This document shows, piece after piece, positions 36,295-50,500 of a stretch of 64,000 bases of DNA. The notes beneath the pieces are model-generated. The model saw only the letters and a list, made by a program, of their open reading frames with translations. It searched no databases and had not been told where the DNA came from. The translations under genes and the position numbers were made by a program. This DNA is from Macrostomum hystrix. Its lineage: Eukaryota > Animalia > Platyhelminthes. The DNA lies in NCBI GenBank assembly GCA_950097015.1, contig CATNEN010000001.1, positions 2,852,001-2,916,000 of the forward strand, in the 5' to 3' direction. The stretch's first letter is position 1. Each line of letters starts with the position of its first letter.

Positions 36295-37272
36295 TACAAA
36301 AGTAAGTGCTAGGCTAACTACTAGTGAAGCCAAGACTACATAGCTAGGCTAGTAGCTAACTTTCTAGATTAAGTCAAGTCAAATCAAATCAAGTCACAAT
36401 TACATTGCCTATTGTTATTGCTTACTTTATTCTTTAATACTGTTCACTACAACCCATAACTACCCTTGCTGAGTACTATTTCCTCAGGTTGGTTGTGATT
36501 ACATGGTGACAAAACTATAACAAGAAATTTAGCTGTTAATCTACATTAAAAAAATAATTCATTCAGTTGTTTCTTGCTTTTTTTACTTTTGAAGTTTACA
36601 CAATTTAAATGTAGCAAAACAAGTAATCAAACAATTTTATAGGATCATCTCAATGCCTTATTCTAAAACTAAAAATTTTTAGCATTCCTTGTTCTTGCTG
36701 TTTTTCCTGAATTCCATTAAAATGTTTGTAAATATATATATTTTTCGAAAATGTTTTGGTAATTGGTACTTGTTTACTTTAAGTCATATTATTTTTTAGT
36801 TAAACAGGCTCTTTTTTCATTAAATTTCATCATTTTTCATCATTTGATACTATTTTAGAAGTTTTAATGTCTATATTTGGATACTTGGATACAATTGGAT
36901 ACAAATGTTATCATGTCAATAGGCAATAGCAGAAAAAAGTGTGCAATAATTTTTTTGCTGTGTATCCAAAATCAATGAGAAGATTTTAAATAAATAAATT
37001 ATACTAAATAAAAAACTGAAAAGTTACAAATATATATTCCCCCCCTAGTTAGGTTTAATAAACAAGTTTTGTATAAAAGCATATCATTTAATATTATTAG
37101 TTATAAATACTGTTATACATATTTCAAAACTTATACTTTTATTTCTAGGCAGTTTTTTTGTCAATATTCAAAGTTAGAATTTTAACAAAGAAAAAAAAGA
37201 TTTTGTAATATTGCTAAACTTGTTACAATTCCTGTCTTTTACAGAACAAAACAATAAACTGTCATATAAGAT

Positions 37273-39579
37273 ATGGAAGATCATCACCAGCAGCAGCAGC
37301 ACATGATGAGTGCGGGTGTTGGCTATCATAGTATGGCCGAGTCCAGTGGCCTGATGCCACCAATGGGCCATGTCAGTATTGGCGATGTTGACAATCAATC
37401 GCGTAAATTTGAAATGCTAGAAGAATTGAAGAACATTATGACTATTTCGGACTTGACACTGGAGCAGGCGCAACAGAGGTACTGTGTTACTTTTTGTTAA
37501 ATTTTACTGCGTTTTTCAATGTGGATAGCATAGTTAATGAGTTCAATAGTGCTAAATCTACTCAAGATTAAGCATAATCAGTGATACTACTCAATGGACT
37601 ACAGATAGAGCTTAATTGGTCCTACTAATTGATGGACTCAATTTCAGCATAGTTGGTCCTACTACTAATCAATCAACTCAATATTAGAGCATAGTCAGTC
37701 CTACTACTCAATGGTCTGACCGATAATAGCTTACAAGTTATGCCAGTATCACAAAAGCCTAATATCGAACTCACAGGAAGCAGCACCTGAACTGTCACCC
37801 CCTGAAGCCGGCCCTATTCTCGGTGCTCTGCGAAATCAAAGAGAAGCAGGGCCTGTCATCCGCTGTCAGTCTTCGCCAGTGTCCGCCAGGCTCCGAGCTA
37901 GACGATGTCAGTGGCGGCAGTTCAGATCCGCAGCTTCTACGCCTGGACAACATGCTTCAAGCTGAAGGTGTCTCAGGCCCAGAGAAGCCTAGTTTGAGTA
38001 GCGGCGGCGGCGCCGGTAGCGGCAGCGAGTCTCAAATTGAGCACAGCGATTATAGGCAGAAGCTAGACCAGATTCGCGCTATATACAGGGCCGAACTGGA
38101 GAAATATGAGACCGCCTGCAATGAGTTCACTACTCACGTTGTTAACCTGCTGCGTGAACAGAGTCGCACTAGGCCAATCACGTCCAAGGAGATCGAACGA
38201 ATGGTGGCCATTATCAGAAAGAAGTTTCAGGTCAGATCATCATGTAGCTTGGCTCTTTTATGTTATCAAAGCCTTTGCCTGTCAATCTTCTGGTCAGCTT
38301 TCTGGGGAGAAATGAGACAAAGAAGATGTAAAACAATTAGGAAAATTTAACAAAGGGATAAGTAGTACAAGGTAGAGATAAGACCGTAGAGTAAAGAAAC
38401 AGGAGAGAGTTAGGACAGGGGAGAGATAAAACAGGAGAGAGATAAAAAAGGTAGAGAATGAAAATTTGCGTTCCTATGTTCGAATCTGCGTCCCATGCCA
38501 GTAAAAAATAATATCGCAATACAATTGATGCAAAAATATCAAATTCCAGGCTATCGAAATGCAGCTTAAGCAGAGCACGTGCGAGGCTGTAATGATTCTT
38601 CGCTCACGATTTCTCGACGCCAGACGAAAGCGACGCAATTTTTCTAAACAGGCCACGGAAGTACTGAACGAGTATTTTTATTCGCACCTGTCCAATCCTT
38701 ACCCGTCTGAGGAGGCTAAGGAAGAGCTAGCCAGAAAGTGTCACATCACCGTGTCCCAGGTGAATACACTGCTTTATGCGACTCATATTTGGCTAGTTTG
38801 TCATTTGATTATTCGCCAATGACCGCCAGTTCGGTCCCGAAAACGATTGCTCAAACGTCATCCGAGATGACTGCTCATTACCCTTCACAATAGCTGCTCA
38901 TTTGTCTACACAATGACTGCCCATGTGCCTACACAATGACTGTTCATTTGCTTGAACAATGACTGCTCATTAATCGACACAATTACTGCTCATAACCCTC
39001 CACATGGATTGCTCATTCCCGACACAAAGACTGCTCATTACCCTACACAATGACTGCTCATTGCCCTACACGTAGACTGCTCATTGCCCTACACAATGAC
39101 TGCTCATTACCCTACACGTAGACTGCTCATTACCCTACACAAGGACTGCTCATTACCCTACACGTAGACTGCTCATTACCCTACACAAGGACTGCTCATT
39201 ACCCTACACAATGACTGCTCATTACCCTACACAATGACTGCTCATTACCCTACACAATGACTGCTCATTGCCCTACACATAGACTGCTCATTACCCTACA
39301 CATAGACTGCTCATTACCCTACACATAGACTGCTCATTACCCTACACATAGACTGCTCATTGCCCTACACAATGACCGCTGATTCTTCGCCAGGTGTCCA
39401 ACTGGTTCGGTAACAAGCGCATTCGCTACAAGAAGAACATCGGCAAAGCCCAGGAGGAGGCAAATATGTACGCGGCTAAGACTGCCGCTGCTGCTGTTGC
39501 TGGCCAAATGCAGGACGGAGACGCCGGCGGTAGCGGCTACGCTGATTATCCCGATCCCGGCAGCTATGGCGACCAATGA
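37273..39579 (+). CDS. pbx: PBX/extradenticle TALE homeodomain transcription factor; exons 37273-37478, 37777-38230, 38550-38759, 39394-39579
   Basis: PBC domain ([46 protein letters not shown]) and homeodomain [34 protein letters not shown]...[15 protein letters not shown]. Splice phases are consistent. Confidence 0.98.
38870..39380. repeat. ~24-bp minisatellite in the homeobox intron
   Basis: GACTGCTCATTACCCTACACAAT units running to ~15 nt before the acceptor. Confidence 0.95.
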
Positions 39580-39734
39580 GTTTGATTGACAATTTGACAG
39601 GTTATGGCAATATATAGATAAAAAGCGATTGCATGTCTATCATCAGTTACTGATTGTAGCTTTTAAATGAAAGAGAATCAGTATCCTTAAATATCCCTAA
39701 TTATAAGGCTAATTTCGCTAATGGGAAATGAGTT

Positions 39735-39972
39735 TCTTTAAATATCCCATAATACCTTCTATGGCAAATCATGGTCTTTAAATATCCCATAATACCGTCT
39801 ATGGAAAATCATGGTCTTTAAGCATCCCATAATACAGTCTATGGCAAGTCAGGGTCTTTAAATATCCCATAATACCTTCTATGGCAAATCATGGTCTTTA
39901 AGCATCCCATAATACCGTCTATGGCAAGTCAGGGTCTTTAAATATCCCATAATACCGTCTATGGCAAGTCAG
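39735..39972. repeat. 40-bp tandem repeat downstream of the pbx stop
   Basis: TAAATATCCCATAATACCGTCTATGGCAAGTCAGGGTCTT-like units. Confidence 0.9.
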
Positions 39973-40859
39973 TATGTTCAAAAACAGGTATTAACACGTA
40001 TGACAAGTCAATGACGTCCGATGTCATTTCATTTGTGGTTTGCATCGTCTATGGGATATTTATTTATCGAAATATCCTATTAAGTTAGATGATCCTTCAG
40101 AAAAAAATAATTTGCCCTAGTTTTGAATCGTGACTAGTTTCAGTGCAGTGTTTGGTTTGTTGTTTTTTGTAGATACACAATTATGTATTAACTGTACTGC
40201 AAAGGTAAAGTTTCCACTTTATTTGCTGTTCTTTTTCTCCTATAATTTTGTAGATTATGAAAAATGCTTTTATTTAAATGAAACAAATACAATGTTTTTT
40301 AAGTCATTGTAAGTGAATTTTTCTGTCAAGTTAGAAATCGTTCTCTTAACTTTATCGCTTCATTGACCATTGACCAGTCGTATTTGGCCCCAAAAGCGTT
40401 ATTCAACGTCTATTCAACTTTGTCCTTAGACACTTTAGCTTGTCTCTTAAACGAATATCGACATGTCGATGTTGATAGTCTAACGATATATATTTTAATG
40501 ACTTTGTTGGTCTCCTGTCATTTTTATGCTCTTGTTTCACTATCGTATTCTTTGTTGTTTCGCTGTTGCTTTATTTGTCGCTAGCTACTGCTTTTTGTGT
40601 CGTTAAGAAAACTATTTCGTAATCCTTAATTATTTGCCATTTTCTTTTGTTTTTTTAACGCGTCTCACGTTTTGTTGTGTTTTTGGAATCTTAGAAAAAG
40701 AAATCGAGGCATCTAGTTAAAACGTTATAGTTGCTATGGCAACGCTTGCTTAACGAGCTAAATACTCATTGCCTGTCGTGAATTTTTATCGAAAAATTCT
40801 GATGATAATGGACTTCACGTTTGGACCTTATTTAGACACATTTGAACGTTAAGATTGAT

Positions 40860-41085
40860 ACCCTAGTAATCTCCCTAGTAACTGAATAATCTCCCTAGCA
40901 ACTGAATAATCTCCCTAGTAACTGAATAATCTCCCTAGCAACTGAATAATCTCCCTAGCAACTGAATAATCTCCCTAGTAACTGATAATCTCCCTAGCAA
41001 CTGAATAATCTCCCTAGTAACTGAATAATCTCCCTAGCAACTGAATAATCTCCCTAGCAACTGAATAATCTCCCTAGCAACTCTC
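40860..41085. repeat. 20-bp minisatellite
   Basis: AATAATCTCCCTAGYAACTG units. Confidence 0.95.
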
Positions 41086-41714
41086 CCCATATTACATGTA
41101 CAACTATAAAGTAATATAGAAGACTTCAAATATGCGAACGAAGAGTGCCGCTTCTTTTGTGCGTCGCCGGGAACAAAGAAAGACGACAGATACTAATAAT
41201 TAATTATGTAAAAACTGCGTTCATTATTGATATAATGGAGACAAATTATTAATACGAGAGTTCTCCATGTCGCAATTAGAATTCGGATAAAAAAGCAGGC
41301 AAATATTTTTCTTTAAAACATGAATTAAAAAAACTAGGTAAGGGCCATAAAGCTCACGAAAAAATATTATTGATAATGAAGTAATCAGGATACCAGTCAC
41401 AGTAGCATTTGGTAGGAATTTAGCACCTATGCCTTGCTAATTAGCCTAGAACCGCAGTGTAATTTCTATTGAAGCTTGAAAAACTACAAAACTGAATATT
41501 TAGCTTGTGGTAAATAAGCTTATATATATACGAGCTATATGCATCTACTAAGAAGTCTGATAAATAGCACAAAAAAGCACAAAAAATTCCGTTTAAAAAA
41601 TCCTCATGCCTCTTTGGAGTTTAGAGTTATACCTAGTCATACTCAGCTTCACGTAAGCCTAGGAGTACGGATTACCAAAATAGTGTGCTAAAAACTGCAC
41701 ATTGAAAGTTAAAG

Positions 41715-42330
41715 GAAGTGGGATTATCGAGAAAGGAGTGAACATTGAGGGAGAGGGTTTGTCGGGAAAGCAGTGTACATTGGGGAGTGGGGTTCTCGGG
41801 AAAGGAGTGAAAATTAAGGGAGAGGGTTTGTTCGGGCAAATGAGTGTATTTGAGAGAGAGGGTTGCTCGGGAAAGGAGTGTACATTGAGGGAGAGGGTTT
41901 GTCGGGAAAGCAGTGTACATTGGGGAGTGGGTTCTCGGGAAAGGAGTGAACATTCAGGGAGAGGGTTTGTCAGGATAGGAGTGTACATCGGGGAGTGGGG
42001 TTCTCGGGAAAGGAGTGTACATTGAGGGAGAGGGTTTGTCGGGAAAGCAGTGTACATTGGGGAGTGGGTTCTCGGGAAAGGAGTGAACATTCAGGGAGAG
42101 GGTTTGTCAGGATAGGAGTGTACATCGGGGAGTGGGGTTCTCGGGAAAGGAATGTACATTGAGGGAGAGGGTTTGTCAGGATAGGAGTGTACATCGGGGA
42201 GTGGGGTTCTCGGGAAAGGAGTGAAAATTAAGGGAGAGGGTTTGTTCGGGCAAAGGAGTGTATTTGAGAGAGAGGGTTGCTCGGGGAAGGAGTGTACAAT
42301 GAGGGAGAGGGTTTTTCGGGAGAGGTTTAA
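41715..42330. repeat. G-rich ~30-bp degenerate minisatellite
   Basis: GGGAAAGGAGTGTACATTGAGGGAGAGGGTTTGTC variants. Confidence 0.9.
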
Positions 42331-43361
42331 GGAAGGGGCGGCCGTCAACCAATGGTAAACATGGATGTATGCTTAAGGTTTGTTTGTGGGCAACACGGCA
42401 TTAGCAGCATGTGAATTTCTTGTAACAGTTTAACATTAGAAAAAAGATTTCACTGTAAAATCAAGTCAATTTTAAGCTACCTGGCCTAAAATATGCACGA
42501 AGGTTTTATTGCATTAATAAAGCGTGAATTTATTGAAAAGACAAAAAACTTGAAATTTGATGCTTGCAAGTTTAAATATATAAAAAAAATCTGGCGATTT
42601 TACTGGAAAGATTCTCAATTTAAACAGCAATGACCCCAGTTATGTAAGAATACCAGTTTTCAAGTTAAGTAAAGCTTAATAGCAAATGTCTATAAGTATA
42701 TCTGAATAATTTAAATTCGATTTTATAGTGCAAAAAAGGTAAAAATACAAGTTTAAAATTGTCAGTGAAAGTGCTTGGACTCGAGGATATATTGACCATC
42801 TGAATATTGATAAAATGAAGCGTGAATAAAATCAACTTAATTGAGTCACCTTTGAAACAGCTAAAACGGAAATGGCGTTCACAAACGATAGCCTTAATAT
42901 ACACAATAGGCTACTGAAAGTAGTCATCACAAAAGCGCAAGCGGCAGCGAATTATTTTATTAGAAATATATATAATTGCTAATTGGGGCTAAGAACAAGG
43001 GAAAAAGTGAGAATAAATTAATCACAATTTAATATTTCATGCTTATTGTATTGGATAAAATACAACCTTTGCCAATTTACAAATATACTAAAAATAAAAA
43101 AATTTTAGATACGGTAATATACACGTGAAAAAAGTTTTTCAGATTTTTATTAATGAGCACTGCAGCTAACGGAAGTAGCATAGTAAAATTTCTTATACTG
43201 CTCGGTATAAAACTAAAATGAAAATATATAATATACATTTGCCGCGTAAAAATGTGCGTGAAAATAAATTTGATAGCAAAACAAAGTGTGGCATTCACAA
43301 AATTGAATCGTTTGGCTAATGTGGAAGTAAGAAATACTACAAATTCGTATGCTGTCATTTT

Positions 43362-44195
43362 AGGACCTTGTCAATGACTATCTTATGACCTTGTCACTGA
43401 CATTCTTATGACCTTGTCACTGACATTCTTATGACCTTGTCACTGACATTCTTATGACCTTGTCACTGACATTCTTATGAACTTGCCACAGAAATTCTTA
43501 TGACCTTGTCACTGACATTCTTATGACCTTGTCACTGACATTCTTATGACCTTGTCACTGACATTCTTATGACCTTGTCACTGACATTCTTATGACCTTG
43601 TCACTGACATTCTTATGACCTTGTCACTGACATTCTTATGACCTTGTCACTGACATTCTTATGACCTTGTCACTGACATTCTTATGAACTTGCCACAGAA
43701 ATTCTTATGACCTTGTCACTGACATTCTTATGACCTTGTCACTGACATTCTTATGACCTTGTCACTGACATTCTTATGACCTTGTCACTGACATTCTTAT
43801 GACCTTGTCACTGACATTCTTATGACCTTGTCACTGACATTCTTATGACCTTGTCACTGACATTCTTATGACCTTGTCACTGACATTCTTATGACCTTGT
43901 CACTGACATTCTTATGACCTTGTCACTGACATTCTTATGACCTTGTCACTGACATTCTTATGAACTTGCCACAGAAATTCTTATGACCTTGTCACTGACA
44001 TTCTTATGACCTTGTCACTGACATTCTTATGACCTTGTCACTGACATTCTTATGACCTTGTCACTGACATTCTTATGACCTTGTCACTGACATTCTTATG
44101 ACCTTGTCACTGACATTCTTATGACCTTGTCACTGACATTCTTATGACCTTGTCACTGACATTCTTATGACCTTGTCACTGACAGCCTTATGATC
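43362..44195. repeat. 23-bp minisatellite
   Basis: About 35 TTCTTATGACCTTGTCACTGACA units with three variant units. Confidence 0.97.
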
Positions 44196-44593
44196 TACCA
44201 GTGGAATTGTCATATGATTTTTCACTAGCTTGTTCATTTATTAGCGGAACATACAAAAACAAAATAAACGATCATAATTCATTATTTAGAAGGACTTCAT
44301 AAAACCCACAAAACACGGAAGACTGTCTAAGAAAACATTTTTCACTTTTTAGTGAACGCTCTTCACTAATTAATTAACGGAGCACACTATAAACGAATTA
44401 TTGGTGAACATATAAAAATGATGTGAATGAGAACCATGCATGGTGTAATAGACACAAACAGATAAAAGACAGTCAAGGCACTGGTTTTTAATGAAAACAA
44501 GAATAGGCTAAGCAAATTTGTGGGAATTGGTGGACTGTGATATCAAGTTTTCAGAGTTAGTTTAGCCTAAAACTTAGCCTAAAACATGGCGTG

Positions 44594-47500
44594 TCACAGA
44601 TCGGCCATGTAAGCAGTGGGCACATATCCCTGCTCAGCGGTATTGCCTACAGACCGCCTGACCAGTGTCCAATCAGCATCCCTGTTCAGCACGAACAATC
44701 GTTCCCCGGCCACTACGGCCAGATTGTCCGGCTGGCTGGCATCGTTGAAATCGTACAGCATGGCTACCATGGGCTGCGAAGGAGCGGCCGAAACAGCCGG
44801 GGGTGGTGGAACAGCTGGGGCGACAGGTTTCTGCGTCGGCGTTGGCGGATCGTCAGCGAATTCGTCAGCAAAAGCGGACGGACCGCTGACAATATTACTG
44901 CGGGTGGGTTGGTACTAGGGTATGCGCTGGGGTACACTCTGTCACTCTAAGGGTGGATTCTGTCACTCTGAAGGAAGATTCTGTCACTCTGAAGGAAGAT
45001 TCTGTCACTCTGAAGGAAGAATTTCACTCTGACGGAAGATTCTGTCACTCTGAAGGAAGAATTTCACTCTGACGGAAGATTCTGTCACTCTGACGGAAGA
45101 TTCTGTCACTCTGAAGGAAGATTGTCACTCTGAAGTGAGATTCTGTCACTCTGAAGTGAGATTCTGTCACTCTGAAGGAAGATTCTGTCCCTCTGAAGGA
45201 AGATTGTCACTCTGAAGTGAGATTCTGTCACTCTGAAGTGAGATTCTGTCACTCTGAAGGAAGATTCTGTCCCTCTGAAGGAAGATTGTCACTCTGAAGT
45301 GAGATTCTGTCACTCTGAAGGAAGATTCTGTCCCTCTGAAGGAAGATTGTCACTCTGAAGTGAGAATCTGTCATTCTGAAGTGAGATTCTGTCACTCTGA
45401 AGGAAGATTCTGTCCCTCTGAAGGAAGATTGTCACTCTAAAGGAAGATTCTGTCCCTCTGAAGGAAGATTGTCGCTCTGAAGTGAGATTCTGTCATTCTG
45501 AAGTGAGATTCTGTCACTCTGATAGCTTGTGTCATTCTATTATTTATCAACTGAAGGGCAGGTCGTCATCTTAGATTAGGAATTTAGAACAGGCAGAAAC
45601 AATAGCAGAATATTTACGTGTTGACGCTTATTGGCTGCTGCTGCTGCACTAGAATAGGATTGCTGCCCGCAACAACAGCCGTCGGAGCCGCGCTTAAATT
45701 GGCAATGTCCACACCAAGCGACTCCAGCTCTCTCTGTTCAAGGTGAAGTTTTTGTCATTTAAAGAAAGTTTTACTTTACTTTAAAAAAGTTTTTACTTTT
45801 AAATTTACCCAACTATTATTAACAATGGTTTAAAAAACAATAATGCCAGGCCTAGTAAAAATAGAGGTTGATGTGCAATGAAAGGCAGTGTGCTTTTTTG
45901 TTTCATTTTAGTGACCATTACACCGTATTTACACGTGTCCCTTAGAAATAATTTACAAGAAAAATAGCACAAAACCAAATAATATACAGTTAAAAATTGG
46001 TGGATGAATAATTATCTAACTAAGGACTCGATAGAAAATGAACAGTAGCCTACTGGACTGCAATTCTGCTGCCCTGGCTGGCTAGTGGTAACGCTAAAAA
46101 ATTGCGAAATTGATCCAATGCGAGGACAACAGCGATGCAAATACTGCTGCTGCTGCTGCTGTTGTAGTTGCTGCTGTAAAATTAATTAGCACCAATTCAA
46201 GTAATTCTTTTTATGGACATAAATTACCTTCTTATCTCAGAGACCTACAACACTATGACCTAAATTTGTGACGTCTTAAATCATGACCTATCAAAATAAT
46301 GACCTACGAAACAAGCAATTAAATGAACAATAGAAATCGTGACCTGTCTGGCCATGACACATTTTGATCATGTATTGAAACGATGACTCATCTTTATCAT
46401 GACCCAAGACCACGAGCCACTATGATTAAGACCTGAATCCATGAGACATTTTGAATATGACCTGAGTCCGTGAGAAATCTTGATCATGACCCATATTGAT
46501 GATTAACAGAGACCATGAGAAATCTTGATCATGACCCATATTGATGATTAACTGAGACCATGAGCAGTCTTGATCATGACCCATATTGATTATTAACTGA
46601 GACCATGAGCAGTCTTGATCATGACCCATATTGATGATTAACTGAGACCATGAGAAATCTTGATCATGACCCGTATTGATGATTAACTGAGACCATGAGA
46701 AATCTTGATCATGACCCATATTGATGATTAACTGAGACCATGAGAAATCTTGATCATGACCCGTATTGATGATTAACTGAGACCATGAGAAATCTTGATC
46801 ATGACCCATATTGATGATTAACTGAGACCATGAGCAGTCTTGATCATGACCCATATTGATGATTAACTGAGACCATGAGAAATCTTGATCATGACCCGTA
46901 TTGATGATTAACTGAGACCATGAGAAATCTTGATCATGACCCATATTGATGATTAACTGAGACCATGAGCAGTCTTGATCATGACCCATATTGATGATTA
47001 ACTGAGACCATGAGAAATCTTGATCATGACCCGTATTGATGATTAACTGTGACCTTGAGAAATCTTGATCATGACCCATATTGATCATGACCTGAAACTA
47101 TGACCATTTTATCATGAACTGAGCCAATGTTCACGAATTTTTCACTTACTCTTGAACAGCACATCTAAGACAGAATTTATTAAGACAGCGCGTCTTTTGA
47201 CTTAGTATTAAAGCAGCATATAAAATGGCATGCAAAATCCAGTCACGAATAACCAAAAGTTACTTCAGTTCTGATAATGAATAAACAATTCTAATCTAAA
47301 TGTAAGAAAAGTGAACCAGCAGTTCTTAAATGCCTACGAGTATGTGTGTCAGAGTACATTTCCAATGTGCAGTCTTGGAGTGTGTAGTGTGTAGGCAGTT
47401 AAGTTAAACTAGTTGTGGTTATAGATAAATACTGTCAGCAGCTCACCAGAATTTCGGTTCGATCTCGAACGATTTGTTCGCGCTGATCAAAAGCCTGCTG

Positions 47501-50500
47501 CATCTGCTGCTGAACCATGCCAGAGTCGCCAAGTTTCGGATTCTGCTGATAGGTTTGCAGCAATTTCTGCATCGCGTCCACCGTCTTGTTGGACTTATCT
47601 AGTTCTTCGTCCTTCAGTTTTAGTTGCTCTTCAAGGCGCCGCCTGTGCTGGGCCGGCTAAAATGAAAATATTGTGGAGAATGAATAAGGCATTGTAGAGA
47701 ATGAATAAGGCATTGTGGAGAATGAATGAGGCATTGTGGAGAATGAATAAGGCATTGTGGAGAATGAATAAGGCATTGTGGAGAATGAATAAGGCATTGT
47801 GGAGAATGAATGAGGCATTGTGGAGAATGAATAAGGCATTGTGGAGAATGAATAAGGCATTGTGGAGAATGAATGAGGCATTGTGGAGAATGAATAAGGC
47901 ATTGTGGAGAATGAATGAGGCATTGTGGAGAATGAATAAGGCATTGTGGAGAATGAATGAGGCATTGTGGAGAATGAATAAGGCATTGTGGCGAATGAAT
48001 AAGGCATTGTGGAGAATGAATAAGGCATTGTGGAGAATGAATAAGGCATTGTGGAGAATGAATGAGGCATTGTGGAGAATGAGTAAGGCATTGTGGAGAA
48101 TGAATAAGGCATTGTGGAAAATGAATGAGGCATTGTGGAGAATGAAGAATTGGTTACGGGGAATGAAGAATTGGTTATGGAGAATGAAGAATTATTTACG
48201 GAGAATGAATAATTGGTTATGGAGAATGAAGAATTGGTTACGGGGAATGAAGAATTATTTACGGAGAATGAATAATTGGTTATGGAGAATGAAGAATTGG
48301 TTACGGGGAATGAAGAATTATTTACGGAGAATGAATAATTCATTGACAGCTAATAATTGATTGACAGATGAATTGATAAGGATCATTAATGCGCACCTTC
48401 TTTTCTCTGATCGTATTTCCTTTCGGCAACTTATTGATCTGCTGCTGGCTGATGCTATCGTTAGATCCGAGGTCTTCAAATGGCACATCTGGTGGCACCG
48501 GATTGCCAGACGCAGTCACGCGAAGGAACTCAGCAATGTCAGCGTTGGCATTGACCAGGTTGGCTTTGTCGCGCAGAGACTGAGCACATTTAGTCCGAAT
48601 ATTCAATGCCTGCAGTTCTGAATCGCCCAAGAATTGGAACTGCAGCTGGCAGACAGAGGCTAGCCGTTTCTCGTGATCCTCTAGCATTGCCAGCTGTTCC
48701 GGCAGCTGCTGCATGTAGTAGCGCTGCTGTGATGCATTGTAATCTGTTAGCTCCTTGGCGTAGCCGTTCTTGCGATCTTCGAATTGAGATTGTTTCTGCA
48801 GATAGACCTGGTGAAAGCGCTCCTCTTCATTCTTGGTGATGTCTTTGTTGTCCTACAACAGTTTGAACAGTACAGTAACCAGTAACCTTTGTAAATGAGA
48901 ACCCTAAAAACTTAGTTTTTTTCCTAAGAAGTTAATAAGAGAGAGCTTCAAAACGGAATAAGAGAGAGCCTCAAAACTGATAAAGAAAGAGCCTCAAAAC
49001 TGATAAAGAAAGAGCCTCAAAACTGATAAAGAAAGAGCCTCAAAACTGATAAAGAAAGAGCCTCAAAACTGATAAAGAAAGAGCCTCAAAACTGATAAAG
49101 AAAGAGCCTCAAAACTGATAAAGAAAGAGCCTCAAAACTGATAAAGAAAGAGCCTCAAAACTGATAAAGAAAGAGCCTCAAAACTGATAAAGAAAGAGCC
49201 TCAAAACTGATAAAGAAAGAGCCTCAAAACTGATAAAGAAAGAGCCTCAAAACTGATAAAAAGCCTCAAAACGGATTAAGAAAGGGAGCCTCAAAACAGA
49301 TTAAGAAAGAACCATAAAAACTGATTAAGAGAGAGCCTCAGAGCGGAATAAGCGAGAGCCTTAAAACAGATTAATACAGAACCTATAAACGCAATAAAAG
49401 ATAGCCTCAAAACGGAATAAAAAAGTTGACAAAACAGAGCCTCAATCGGATTGAAAGAGGAAAAGACAGTATAAGATCAGGTGAAGGATCCTTGCAAGGT
49501 TTAAAAAAAGTAAAGTATCACTAGCACAGAGTACAAGACTTAAGTGGGAGCCCCTAACAATAGTCTGGTGCAATTAAACGGGCCCTGTCTTCTCACCTTG
49601 TTAGCATTATAGTCATCGCGAGCTTTGCGTAATTCAGCAAAGGCCCGCTGATACTGCTGCCGCACGCCCTCTAACTGTGAACGATTGCGATCCAGATCTC
49701 TCACTAGACTGGCAATTTTCTTTTCAGCCAGGCTCGACTGGCCCTGCATCTCTTTTAAAGAGGCCTTCACATCCTTGGACGATTTGAGTAGCTCATCGCG
49801 CAGGGTTTCGTGCTGATTAGCCGATGACGTTAATTCGGTTAGCATGTCATCGAATGCCGACTGAATGCTAAATCTGAAGTTTTCGAGGGTAGAATCGAGG
49901 TTAAAAGGAATATTCCACAACCAGTAATATAAGGATATTCCACAACCAGTAATATAAGGATATTCCACAACCAGTAATATAAGGATATTCCACAACCAGT
50001 AATATTAGGATATTCCACAATTGGAACAGACAATGGAATATTTCACAAGTCATCGAAACTAAATTAGATAATGCGATCAGACAATCGAGTTTAGAAGTTC
50101 GGGCAAGTTAAAATAAGGTAGTAGAAAGATGGCATTAGAGGAACATTATTATCTACGAACCTTCACTGCTTGTTTTACTATCCAAGTTTAAAAGCAAGCA
50201 AAGATAAAAGACTTACTTAATTTTCTCTTTCTTGTCAAATTCCTTGGGCTTAAAGTCTTTGCAAATTTTTCTAAAAAATAATAAATAATATTAAATAGTC
50301 GGGTTATATGGTTTAAAATGTCCAACACACAGAAAAGCAGAAGTAAAAACTCCCTTACCTTAATTCCCTGGCATACTTCTCTTCAACTCGACTTCTTCTC
50401 TCTAGAAATTCGGTGTACTGCTTGAGAAAGTCCTGATTGTACTTGGTGAAATTGTACAATTGTGGATTGTAGGTGTCCTAAAAACATAAATTATGTAACA

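Noticed and set aside
46426-48360. ORFs of 220, 228 and 219 aa with perfect peptide repeats
   Set aside because: 45- and 21-bp intronic minisatellites whose unit lengths are multiples of three; they lie inside introns of the F-BAR gene.
31800-50020. CRISPR-like arrays of 20-45 bp repeats
   Set aside because: Units are contiguous with no unique spacers, there are no cas genes, and the context is eukaryotic.
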